This document shows, piece after piece, positions 29,060 to 38,215 of a stretch of DNA of 64,000 nucleotides (the stretch's first letter is position 1; every line of letters starts with the position of its first letter). Source of the DNA: Aestuariivirga sp. (GTDB taxonomy: Bacteria; Pseudomonadota; Alphaproteobacteria; Rhizobiales; Aestuariivirgaceae); contig JAYUHQ010000062.1 in assembly GCA_043766895.1 (NCBI GenBank), positions 792-64,791 of the forward strand. The letters run 5' to 3'. The notes under the pieces were generated by a model, which made no database searches, had not been told where the DNA came from, and saw only the letters and a list, made by a program, of their open reading frames with translations. The translations under genes and the position numbers were made by a program.

Positions 29060-30349
29060 TTAGATGTAGTTGATATAAAAGTCTCTCAAAGTTTCGCCTT
29101 CTAGCTTAGCAGTCTTTTCAACTTCGGCCCGTTTCATAAAAACATGATTGTCAACCAGCGTTGTACCAACAGCTTCGCGCAATACTTGGTCTGCTTCCAA
29201 TTCATCCAAAGCTTGTGCAAGATTATCGGGCGCTGCCGATGTGGCGCTACTATGTTCAAAGCAATCGCCAGTCTCACGCGGAGGGAGAGGATAGTTGTTT
29301 TCCAAGCCAAGGCGCGCAGCTTGCAAAACTGTGGCCACCAACACATAGGGATTTGCCGCGCCATCACCCATACGGTGTTCAATGCGGGCTTTGGCTCCTC
29401 CTTCAGCAGATATGCGCGTGGTCACCCCGCGATGATCGCCACCCCAATTGCACCAATAACCAGACATGCTGGCGGGCTTAAGCCGATCATAGGAATTGGT
29501 GATTGGCGCTATCAGGCCAGCCATGCCGCGATGGTGATGCATAAGGCCTGCAACACAGCCCTTGGCCAGTGCTGTCATCTGCGCAGCTTCGCCGGGCTCA
29601 CCGATTGCGTTTTTATTTTTCTTATCGAGAAAACTAAAATTCACATGCGTGCCGCTGCCGCCTTTGTTTGCAAATGGCTTTGGCAAGCAGGTGAGAACAA
29701 TGCCATGTTTTGCGGCAATTTCGCGGGCCATCAAACGGAACAAAAAATGATCATCCACCGCCTTCACGGCATCATCATATTGCAAAGTGAATTCAAATTG
29801 TGGCGTGTCATATTCGGTTGTCAGCGACTCAAGTTTGAAACCTGCTTTCTCTGATGCAACCCAGATAGCATCACTGAACCCGCGCGGATCAGCAAATTGC
29901 CCCGTGCTGTAAACATATGAATGAGGCGTGTCATAGGGCTTCAAACTGCCGTCGGCCTCTCGTTGAAAAGCATAGGCTTCAATTTCCATGCCCACTTTGG
30001 CCTTAAGGCCGTGTTTTGCCCAATCAGCAACAGCACGTTTCAATGCAGTGCGGCCACACATCGGCAGTTCAGATCCATCCCATTGTTGTAAATCTCCAAC
30101 AACAACTTTTGTTTCTGGATCCCAGCTGTTGCGAATTTCAGCCTTGCGATAAACCGCCTGCATGTCTGGCGCACCATCCATCATTCTGCAGCCGGGGGCT
30201 GGTAAAAGGTCACGATCAAAATGCACGCCAAACAACGCTTGCGCAAACCGCGACGCACCGTTGGCTTGCATTTTGTCAGCGGGCAAATATTTGCCACGCG
30301 CAATATTCAAATGATCACAAAACAAAAGTCTTAAACGTTGACGGGCCAT
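29060..30349 (-). CDS. Glutamine synthetase-like gamma-glutamyl-amine ligase
   Basis: GMEIEAY, TEYDTPQFEFT, GSGTHVNFS, NSYDRL and RIEHR; PuuA/PauA-like rather than GlnA. Confidence 0.88.
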   Translation of the reverse strand: MARQRLRLLFCDHLNIARGKYLPADKMQANGASRFAQALFGVHFDRDLLPAPGCRMMDGAPDMQAVYRKAEIRNSWDPETKVVVGDLQQWDGSELPMCGRTALKRAVADWAKHGLKAKVGMEIEAYAFQREADGSLKPYDTPHSYVYSTGQFADPRGFSDAIWVASEKAGFKLESLTTEYDTPQFEFTLQYDDAVKAVDDHFLFRLMAREIAAKHGIVLTCLPKPFANKGGSGTHVNFSFLDKKNKNAIGEPGEAAQMTALAKGCVAGLMHHHRGMAGLIAPITNSYDRLKPASMSGYWCNWGGDHRGVTTRISAEGGAKARIEHRMGDGAANPYVLVATVLQAARLGLENNYPLPPRETGDCFEHSSATSAAPDNLAQALDELEADQVLREAVGTTLVDNHVFMKRAEVEKTAKLEGETLRDFYINYI

Positions 30350-30359
30350 GTGTGTTTCC

Positions 30360-31619
30360 TCAATTTAATGAAATGCGAACAGGCAGACGCTTGATGCCGC
30401 CTACAAAATTAGATCTGACATAGGCATGTTGCCCCACCTGCTCGATCGAGCGCAGCCGCTTGGAAATTTCTTGAAACACAATTCGCACTTCAAGCTTTGC
30501 CAGCCACATGCCCAAGCACACATGTGCGCCTCCTTGGCCGAATGCCAAGTGGCGGTTGGGTGTCCGGCGAAAGTCTACGATGTTCGGATTGTTAAATGCA
30601 TTTTCATCACGATTGCCTGATGCAAACCAGAACAAAACTTTGTCACCTTCACGAATGGTTTTGCCATGCAATTCGCCGTCGCGCGTTGCAGTGCGGCGGA
30701 AATATGTAGCAGGCGATGCCCAACGGATGACTTCGTCTGGCAATGTTGTCCAAATGTTTGGGTCTTCGTGCAAATCAGCGAGCAACCCTGGTTGGTTGGC
30801 AAGTGCATGCAGGCCCGCCGCAATCGAATAGCGGGTGGTATCATTTCCGGCTGCTACCAATAAGCAAAAGAAGTTCTTGAACTCAGATTCAGAAATCACG
30901 TTGCCCTCAGCATCCGGCTGCAACATCATTTGCAAAATTCCGCTTTCATCGCCACGTCTTTTGCGTTCAGCCATCATGCGTTCAGCATAATCAAAAAGCT
31001 CTGCTCCCGCTGGCGATCGAAATGGCATAAATCGATAAGCGTCTGTGTCCATTTTATCGACAACAGTTGCGGTGAAATCACTATCACTATTGGCCATCAA
31101 CGCATCGCCTTTTTCAACCAGCCAATTCAAATCTTCGTCTGGCGTTCCCATAATTTGTCCCAACATCCGCATCGGCAGCTGGCGCGCAATTGTCTGAACT
31201 GCATCAAATTCTTTGCTCTGAAATGCTTCATCTAAAATCTCAACGCATAATTCACGAATTTGATTTTCAAATTGAATAACAACAGGCTGGGAAAAAGCCT
31301 TGGAAACCAACCGGCGCACCCGCGTATGGTCTGGGGCATCGGTTTCCTGAAACGTCCGGCGCGCCAAATATTCTTCGTAAGTCTGGTCTTCCATACGAAT
31401 GCCACGGGCAGAACTCATCCAAGCGCTGTCGCGGTTCAAGGCTAAAATATCGTCATGACGGGTAACCGACCAAAAGCCCTTGCCGTCGGCATAATCACAC
31501 CAGGCAACGGGGTCTTCTTGGCGCATCCTTGCAAAAGTATTCAGCGGCAGACCGTTCACAAAACTATCATGAAGCGATAGATCGGCATGGCCATCATCAT
31601 TTGCAGTCCAAATTGTCAT
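30360..31619 (-). CDS. Cytochrome P450
   Basis: I-helix AAGNDTT, ExxR (EVIR) and heme-ligand motif FGQGGAHVCLG. Confidence 0.95.
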   Translation of the reverse strand: MTIWTANDDGHADLSLHDSFVNGLPLNTFARMRQEDPVAWCDYADGKGFWSVTRHDDILALNRDSAWMSSARGIRMEDQTYEEYLARRTFQETDAPDHTRVRRLVSKAFSQPVVIQFENQIRELCVEILDEAFQSKEFDAVQTIARQLPMRMLGQIMGTPDEDLNWLVEKGDALMANSDSDFTATVVDKMDTDAYRFMPFRSPAGAELFDYAERMMAERKRRGDESGILQMMLQPDAEGNVISESEFKNFFCLLVAAGNDTTRYSIAAGLHALANQPGLLADLHEDPNIWTTLPDEVIRWASPATYFRRTATRDGELHGKTIREGDKVLFWFASGNRDENAFNNPNIVDFRRTPNRHLAFGQGGAHVCLGMWLAKLEVRIVFQEISKRLRSIEQVGQHAYVRSNFVGGIKRLPVRISLN

Positions 31620-31689
31620 CTTAATACTTTCCTCGCAATTGCGCGTGAACGTTACACATGTTAATTATTCGATCAAGGAGTTGACACCC

Positions 31690-32397
31690 ATGCATATCGG
31701 AATTTTGGTGACAAATACGGATCGATCTGATTTTGCAAAGGCGCGAGCAGATGACGGTGAAAAATTTCGAGCCTTGCTGCAACCCTTGCGGCCACATTGG
31801 CAATTCACTGCGGTCCAAGTCAGAGATGGTAAATTTCCAAAAGCAGTTCATGCCTTTGATGGCTATGTTATTACTGGCAGCCCGGCCTCGGCCAATGGCG
31901 GCGAAGCATGGATCGAGAAATTGATGGGCTTCATTAGGGAATTGAACCTTGCTCACATACCAACGGTCGGCATCTGCTTTGGCCACCAGGTGATTGCCCG
32001 TGCGCTTGGTGGCAGCGTTGGCAAGAACCCCGAAGGTTGGGGATTTGGCATTTCGCCCACACATTTCACCGCCCATCAGTCGTGGATGTTGCCCGCCCAA
32101 ACCACGGTGAATCTTTATGCCGCGCACACTGAGCAAGTTATTACGTTGCCTAAAAATGCTGAAGCATTGGGCGGCAGCCCATTTTGCCCAATTGGGTCTT
32201 ACAAAATTGGTGATCACATTTTTACAACGGAATATCACCCAGAAATGACACCCGAATTCATCACGGATCTTTCGCACGAAAAAGAAAACTATATCGGCCA
32301 ACCCATTGCCGAACGTGCGCGCGAACAATTCAAAACTCCCGCTGATGGCAAAATTTTTGCCCAGTGGATGGTTCAGTTTTTTGAATTGCCGCGTTAA
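31690..32397 (+). CDS. Type 1 glutamine amidotransferase (gamma-glutamyl hydrolase-like)
   Basis: ITGSP, GICFGHQ nucleophile and YHPE. AAGGAG RBS before ATG 31690. Confidence 0.9.
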   Translation: MHIGILVTNTDRSDFAKARADDGEKFRALLQPLRPHWQFTAVQVRDGKFPKAVHAFDGYVITGSPASANGGEAWIEKLMGFIRELNLAHIPTVGICFGHQVIARALGGSVGKNPEGWGFGISPTHFTAHQSWMLPAQTTVNLYAAHTEQVITLPKNAEALGGSPFCPIGSYKIGDHIFTTEYHPEMTPEFITDLSHEKENYIGQPIAERAREQFKTPADGKIFAQWMVQFFELPR

Positions 32398-33878
32398 AGC
32401 TGAATCCATGCTGTTTTAAGTTCTGAATATTTATCCAGCGCATGCAATGATTTGTCATGGCCATTGCCGCTTTGTTTCACGCCCCCCAAAGGCACTGTAT
32501 TATCAGCCCCGCCATATGTATTCACATGCACAACACCCGCTTTAATGCCGCGCACCATGCGATGCGCCTTGGAAAGATTTGAAGTCCACACAGCGGAGGC
32601 CAAACCAAACACAGTAGAATTGGCAATGCGCAAAGCATCGTCTTCATCACTAAATTTCATCACCCCCAACACCGGGCCAAACACTTCGTTTTGCGCCAAA
32701 TCCATTTGGGAAGTTACGTTTGAAATGACCGTGGGGGCCATATAAAAGCCGCCTGTATTTTCGAGAATGCGTTGGCCGCCTGTTTCAATTTTTCCGCCTT
32801 CGCTTTGCGCACGCGAAACAAAATCTAAATCCTTTTGCAATTGGTCTAAACTGGTTACGGCGCCTGCTTCGGTGCCAAGGTCAAGTGGATCGCCCACTTT
32901 TATTTTTGCAGAAATGCTCGCAACTTTAGCCACAAATTCGTCGTGGATTTTATCTTCCACCAACAGTCGGGAACCGGCCACACACACTTGGCCAGAGTTG
33001 CGGAATATCCCATAAGCAGAGATTTTAGCGGCAACATCAAGATTGGGTGCATCAGCAAAAACAATGTTGGGAGACTTTCCGCCCAGTTCCAGATAGCAGC
33101 GCTTTAAATTTGACTTGGCAGAATATTCCAGCAATTTGCGCCCCACCATGCCTGAGCCTGTGAAGGCCAAAACATCGATATCCATATGAAGGCCAAGTGC
33201 CTCACCCACCACTGAACCTTTGCCTGTAACCACGTTTAACACGCCATCAGGAAGTCCCGCTTCTGAACACAGCTCTGCCAAACGCAACAAAGACAGAGAC
33301 GCTACTTCAGCTGGCTTCAGAACCACACTGTTGCCGGCTGCAAGTGCTGGCGCTATTTTCCACGAACCAATCATCAATGGAAAATTCCAAGGCACAATTG
33401 CTGCCACAACCCCTATGGGCTCTCGGTGAATAAGCCCAAGAATATTATTCGCGGTGGGTGCAATCTCACCATACACTTTATCAATTGCCTCGGCATAATA
33501 GCGGAATGTTCCGCCAGCACTTCCCGGCTCAGCCTTGATTGCCATAGAAATTTCGGTGCCGTTATCACGCACACCCAAAACCGCCAATTCCAAGGCATGC
33601 TTCTCAATAAGATCTGCAATCCGATGCATCACTTTTTTGCGCTCGGCTGGTGCGGCTTTGGACCATACGCCTGAATCAAAACTTGCGCGTGCTGCCTTCA
33701 CAGCAAGATCAGCATCAACAGCAGTCGCCAGTGAAATCGATGAAAACACTTTGCCATCAATCGGCGACAATACCGCGTGAATGCCACCAGCCTGGGCTTC
33801 CACGTGCTTGCCATTGATGAACAGTTTTTGCGCCGAAACGGGCAGAATGCGAAGCCGATTGATCTCTGATTGAGACAT
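32394..33878 (-). CDS. Aldehyde dehydrogenase (PuuC-like)
   Basis: IVPWNFP, FTGS, LELGGKSPN, GQVC and EVFGP. Start moved to MSQSE. Confidence 0.92.
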   Translation of the reverse strand: MSQSEINRLRILPVSAQKLFINGKHVEAQAGGIHAVLSPIDGKVFSSISLATAVDADLAVKAARASFDSGVWSKAAPAERKKVMHRIADLIEKHALELAVLGVRDNGTEISMAIKAEPGSAGGTFRYYAEAIDKVYGEIAPTANNILGLIHREPIGVVAAIVPWNFPLMIGSWKIAPALAAGNSVVLKPAEVASLSLLRLAELCSEAGLPDGVLNVVTGKGSVVGEALGLHMDIDVLAFTGSGMVGRKLLEYSAKSNLKRCYLELGGKSPNIVFADAPNLDVAAKISAYGIFRNSGQVCVAGSRLLVEDKIHDEFVAKVASISAKIKVGDPLDLGTEAGAVTSLDQLQKDLDFVSRAQSEGGKIETGGQRILENTGGFYMAPTVISNVTSQMDLAQNEVFGPVLGVMKFSDEDDALRIANSTVFGLASAVWTSNLSKAHRMVRGIKAGVVHVNTYGGADNTVPLGGVKQSGNGHDKSLHALDKYSELKTAWIQL

Positions 33879-33892
33879 AGTATTCTCCGAAA

Positions 33893-33928
33893 AAAGGAAA
33901 AAGAGCGACACAGAAGTGCCGCTCTTTT
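33893..33928 (-). terminator. Rho-independent terminator between the APC permease and ALDH genes
   Basis: The - strand reads AAAAGAGCGGCAC-TTCT-GTGTCGCTCTTTT (one G-U pair) followed by a T-rich tract. Confidence 0.65.
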
Positions 33929-33941
33929 TGTTGGTGAGTGG

Positions 33942-35381
33942 TTATGTGTTGCTGCCAAGAGCTTGGAATTTGACAGGATTATTCGTTTCCAAACGGCTGG
34001 CAGAAATAAAGCCCACGATAGCAGCGACGATTACCAACGATGGCAAAATAACACCAAGTGAACCAACAGCGCCCGTTAAATCTCCAAACTTTGCGAAGAT
34101 GTAAACGAACAACGCCGCCATGATCACACCCGCAATGATCGGCAAGACTTTTACCGACAGCGCGTTCTCGCCCATTGCGTCTTTTGCAAAAAAGGCAACG
34201 ACTGAGAAAGATGTAACGGCCATCAAACCCAAAATTCCGAGCGTTCCAAGCTGGGTGAGCCAGGTGAACAACTGTAACACGGGGTCAAGTCCCATTATTG
34301 CAAAGAAGCCAACAACCACGATTGCTAGGATCGTTTGAATGATGGAACCCACATGTGGGCTTTGAAATGTATCATGTGTCACACCAACAGAAGCTGGCAA
34401 CAATCCTTCACGGCCAGCCACATATTTATACCGCGCCACACCATTGTGAAATGCCAGCACCCCAGCAAACAAGCTGGACACGAACAGAAAGCCCATAATG
34501 GTAGGAACTGGCCCGCCAACATAACGCCCTGCAAGATCAAACAGGAATGTTGTTGGATCTTTGAGTGCCTGCAATGTTGGCAACAATTTATCCACGCCTG
34601 CACCAACAGCCATCAACCATGATGTGAGCATATAGAACACACCAATCAGAATGACGGAGTAGTAGGTTGCTTTTGGAACGGTAATATGTGGATCTTTAGC
34701 TTCTTCTGAATAGATTGTTGTGGCTTCAAAACCAATAAATGCCGCAAAGCAGAACAAGATGCCAATGGCGGGCGAACCCATCATTACAGCGCTGGGCGTG
34801 AACGGTGTCAAAGAAAGACCAGAGTCGCCACCCTTAACGAAAATGGCAACATCAAGAATGAGCACAATGAGATATTCGAGGGCGACCAGCGCCATCAAAA
34901 TTTTGGCAGACAACTCTACTTGCCGATAGCCCAGAATGCCCGCAAATGCGATGCCAACAAAGCTCCACACCCACCACGGGAAGTTCAAACCGATGGAAGC
35001 AAATGTTCCTGCTGAAGCAGCGCCAAGCAACCCCAGAATGCCAATCTGCATGGCGTTATAGCTGAAAATTGCAACCATCGCCGATGCGCCGCCGATTTTG
35101 CCGCCAAGCCCGCGCGCGGCAAGTGCATAAAAACCGCCAGCACTTGAAACGTGCCGCGCCATTGCCACGTAACCAACTGCAAAAACCAACAATATTGCGG
35201 TTGCTAATAAAAATGAACCGACAATGCCTGCGCCATTTCCAAGCAACATGCTTATGGGAACGCCGCCGGCAACTGCCGTCAATGGTGCGGCCGCCGAAAT
35301 AACCAAGAACGTAACCGCCCCAACACCAAGACTGTTTTTTCGCAACTGGTTTGCACCAGCTGTAGCTGAAGTATTTGCCAT
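33942..35381 (-). CDS. APC family amino-acid/amine permease
   Basis: SAAAP (TM1), FIGFEATTIYSEEA and about 12 TM segments. Confidence 0.92.
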   Translation of the reverse strand: MANTSATAGANQLRKNSLGVGAVTFLVISAAAPLTAVAGGVPISMLLGNGAGIVGSFLLATAILLVFAVGYVAMARHVSSAGGFYALAARGLGGKIGGASAMVAIFSYNAMQIGILGLLGAASAGTFASIGLNFPWWVWSFVGIAFAGILGYRQVELSAKILMALVALEYLIVLILDVAIFVKGGDSGLSLTPFTPSAVMMGSPAIGILFCFAAFIGFEATTIYSEEAKDPHITVPKATYYSVILIGVFYMLTSWLMAVGAGVDKLLPTLQALKDPTTFLFDLAGRYVGGPVPTIMGFLFVSSLFAGVLAFHNGVARYKYVAGREGLLPASVGVTHDTFQSPHVGSIIQTILAIVVVGFFAIMGLDPVLQLFTWLTQLGTLGILGLMAVTSFSVVAFFAKDAMGENALSVKVLPIIAGVIMAALFVYIFAKFGDLTGAVGSLGVILPSLVIVAAIVGFISASRLETNNPVKFQALGSNT

Positions 35382-35421
35382 AGGTTTCCCCTCCTTAATT
35401 GGCCTTGCCCGATATTATTTT

Positions 35422-35438
35422 GTTTCATTATTTGAACC
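35422..35438. promoter_or_regulatory. Candidate IclR-type operator
   Basis: Palindrome TTCA-N5-TGAA (35424-35436) between the divergent APC and IclR genes. Confidence 0.3.
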
Positions 35439-35521
35439 TTCGGTGCAAATATAGACTTGCAAAAAAATGCGGCGAGTGTCAAGTTATTTTACGTGTTAAG
35501 AAAATTAGGGCTAACCTCTTT

Positions 35522-36289
35522 ATGGGAACAGTCAGTAAAGCATTAGGATTGTTGAATATTTTGGCGGGTACACACGCCCCAAAAGGCTTGACTGAAATTG
35601 CCAAAGCAGCGGGATTCGACAAGGCCACAACGCGTAGACTTTTGGTTGAGCTGAGCAGCAACGGCTATGTTGTGCAAGATTCGGACAGCCGTGATTATGA
35701 GTTGGGGCCGGCGTTGCAAGTATTGGGCAAAACACGTGAAGAGCGGTTTCCGCTCTATCGCACAACATTGCCTTTTGTTCGTGCATTGGCCGAACAGACC
35801 GATGAAACCGTGCACGCAACTGAATACAGTTCCGGGGTGTTGCTTTCGATCTGCATTGAACATTCAACCAAGGCAAACCGCGTGAGTTTGGAACAGGGCC
35901 AAAGATTGCCACTTCATGCCACGGCTTCGGGAATTGCTTTTCTTGCTGCATCTCAACCAGCCTTCGTCGACAGCGTGGCAGGCAAACCATTGGCTCATTT
36001 TACTCCAACCACTTCAACATCACGCGATGCCCTGTTGAAAGTCGTTCAGGAAGCAAAAAAGCGCGGATATTCAATCAGCAATCAATCCCTTGAAGCAGGC
36101 GTAAGCAGCGTTGCTGCTGCAATTTGCATTCAAGTTGGCAAGCCAATTGGCACAATCGCAATTGCGGTTCCAACCTTGCGCATGTCACCAAAGACTATTG
36201 CTGAATTTGGCGCTTTGGTGCGCAAGGCCGCTGACGAAGTTTCTCACCACCTTTCCGGACGCGCAACAAATATGCAAAAATCATCATAA
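35522..36289 (+). CDS. IclR family regulator
   Basis: MGTVSKALGLL, HTH GLTEIAKAAGFDKATTRRLL, PLHATASG and GVSSVAA. Start moved to 35522. Confidence 0.93.
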   Translation: MGTVSKALGLLNILAGTHAPKGLTEIAKAAGFDKATTRRLLVELSSNGYVVQDSDSRDYELGPALQVLGKTREERFPLYRTTLPFVRALAEQTDETVHATEYSSGVLLSICIEHSTKANRVSLEQGQRLPLHATASGIAFLAASQPAFVDSVAGKPLAHFTPTTSTSRDALLKVVQEAKKRGYSISNQSLEAGVSSVAAAICIQVGKPIGTIAIAVPTLRMSPKTIAEFGALVRKAADEVSHHLSGRATNMQKSS

Positions 36290-36299
36290 CAAGGAGCCA

Positions 36300-37547
36300 A
36301 TGATGAGCACTCCACGAATTCTCATAATCGGCACCGGAGACACCAAATCCGATGAACTCACCTTCATGCGTGAATGTGTTTCAACAGCGGGCGGCCATGC
36401 AGTAATGATGGATGTATCCATTCTTGGCGAACCCCAGTTTATACCGCAATACTCCAAACATGATGTGGCCGCGGCTGCCGAAACAACCATTGATGCTGTT
36501 ATCAAATCTGGCGATGAAAACTCGGCAATGGCCATGATGGCAGATGGCGCTTCTAAACTTTCTCGGCATCTCTATGATCAACAGAAGATTGATGCTGTAA
36601 TAATACTCGGCGGATCAATGGGAACTGACTTAGCCCTGGATGTTGCCAATGCATTGCCATTAGGTGTTCCAAAATTTGTTGTTTCGACAATCTCTTTCTC
36701 GCACCTTATTCCGCCTGAACGAATTTCCACTGATTTGATGATGATCCTTTGGGCTGGTGGATTGTATGGCCTTAACAGCATTTGCAAATCGGTTTTAAGT
36801 CAAGCCTGTGGTGCCGTTGTGGGCGCGGCGCGCGCAAGCGTTAAGCCTCAAAACACGCGTCCGGTGATTGGTATGACATCGCTTGGTAAAAGTTGTTTGA
36901 AATATATGGTGCCCCTAAAGCCAGCACTGGAAAAGCGGGGCTATGAAGTGGCCGTGTTTCACACCACCGGCATGGGTGGCCGCGCTTTTGAATCAGTCGC
37001 ATCACAGAAAACTTTTGCAGCAGTGATGGATTTTAGTTTGCAAGAAGTGGTGAACCATGAAAATGGTGTGCTGGCAACATCGTCAGGTTGGGACCGGCTG
37101 GAAAATGCAGGCCGTGTTGCAATCCCACAAATTGTGGCGCCAGGTGCCGTAGACATGGTCGACTTGCCTTCTTGGCTGCCCTTGCCAAAAGAATTCGCAG
37201 ATCGACCTTACCATGCCCATAATCGGCTGATCGGTTCAATCACAACTGATCCTGAGGGCCGCCGAAAAACTGCGCGCACCATTGCCCACAAACTTGAACG
37301 CGCCTTGGGCCCTGTCGCACTCATTCTGCCAACGGGTGGAATTGAAGAATGGGATCAGCAGGGCGAACCCTTGCATGACCCCGACGGATTACACGCTTTT
37401 GTCGAAGCCATGCGCCTTGCGGTAAAAGCGCCGGTGGAACTTCATGAAATTCCAGATCATATCAACAGCCCCGCCTTCGCGGCCAAGGCACTCGAGGTGT
37501 TTGATACCTGGGTGGCGGCGGGAATTATTCCTGCAGGACAGCTATGA
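36300..37547 (+). CDS. Tm-1-like ATP-binding domain protein (UPF0261)
   Basis: IIGTGDTKSDE, LGGSMGT, ALPLGVPK, FHTTGMGGRAFE and PGAVDMV. AAGGAG RBS before ATG 36300. Confidence 0.85.
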   Translation: MMSTPRILIIGTGDTKSDELTFMRECVSTAGGHAVMMDVSILGEPQFIPQYSKHDVAAAAETTIDAVIKSGDENSAMAMMADGASKLSRHLYDQQKIDAVIILGGSMGTDLALDVANALPLGVPKFVVSTISFSHLIPPERISTDLMMILWAGGLYGLNSICKSVLSQACGAVVGAARASVKPQNTRPVIGMTSLGKSCLKYMVPLKPALEKRGYEVAVFHTTGMGGRAFESVASQKTFAAVMDFSLQEVVNHENGVLATSSGWDRLENAGRVAIPQIVAPGAVDMVDLPSWLPLPKEFADRPYHAHNRLIGSITTDPEGRRKTARTIAHKLERALGPVALILPTGGIEEWDQQGEPLHDPDGLHAFVEAMRLAVKAPVELHEIPDHINSPAFAAKALEVFDTWVAAGIIPAGQL

Positions 37548-38215
37548 CAAAACGCGCCCTGATCTTAGATTTTGGCGGTGTCATTACGCGAACACTGTTT
37601 GAAACTCACAGCCTTACCGAAAAATCGCTAGGCTTGAAACCGGGCACCCTTATTTGGCGGGGGCCTTTTGATGTCGCAACTGACCCGTTATGGCAATCTA
37701 TGCAAAATGACGAAATGAGCGAGCGTGATTATTGGATGAGGCGCACGCAAGAAGTGGGAAGCCTTGTTGGTGAAAATTGGACAACGATGGAAACTTTCGT
37801 TCAGCGTGCGCGTGGCGCCGAGCCTGAGTTGGTGTTGCGGCCCGAGGCACGCATTGCCATCGAAACCGCAAAAGCCAATGGCATGCACCTTGCCATTCTT
37901 TCTAATGAATTAGACTTGTTTTACGGTGCAGATTTTCGCAAACGTTTTCCATTGATGGAACTGTTTGATGTGATCGTTGATGCCACCTACACAAAAATTC
38001 TAAAACCTGATCCGCGCAGCTATCGTGCCTGCCTTTCTGAACTTGATATTGACGCAAACGCTTGTGTCTTTGTTGATGATCAAAAGCGAAATGTTGATGG
38101 CGCACGCGCTGTGGGAATTCCCACAATACATTTCGATGTGATGAAACCTGCCCACAGTTTTGCCGCAGCGCTCAACCTGCTCGGTCTCAAATATAAGGAA
38201 CCCGCTCATGCGTAA
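37544..38215 (+). CDS. HAD family hydrolase
   Basis: ILDFGGV, ILSN, KPDP and FVDD motifs. Confidence 0.9.
   Translation: MTKRALILDFGGVITRTLFETHSLTEKSLGLKPGTLIWRGPFDVATDPLWQSMQNDEMSERDYWMRRTQEVGSLVGENWTTMETFVQRARGAEPELVLRPEARIAIETAKANGMHLAILSNELDLFYGADFRKRFPLMELFDVIVDATYTKILKPDPRSYRACLSELDIDANACVFVDDQKRNVDGARAVGIPTIHFDVMKPAHSFAAALNLLGLKYKEPAHA

Noticed and set aside
29060-30349. Calling the GS-family gene glnA
   Set aside because: It is short (429 aa), lacks a GSI-type N-terminus and sits in a catabolic context with a GATase and PuuC-like ALDH.
35399-36299. 5' extensions of the IclR (from 35399) and Tm-1-like (from 36111) ORFs
   Set aside because: They run through the promoter or the upstream gene. 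The family N-termini begin at 35522 and 36300, the latter with a good RBS.
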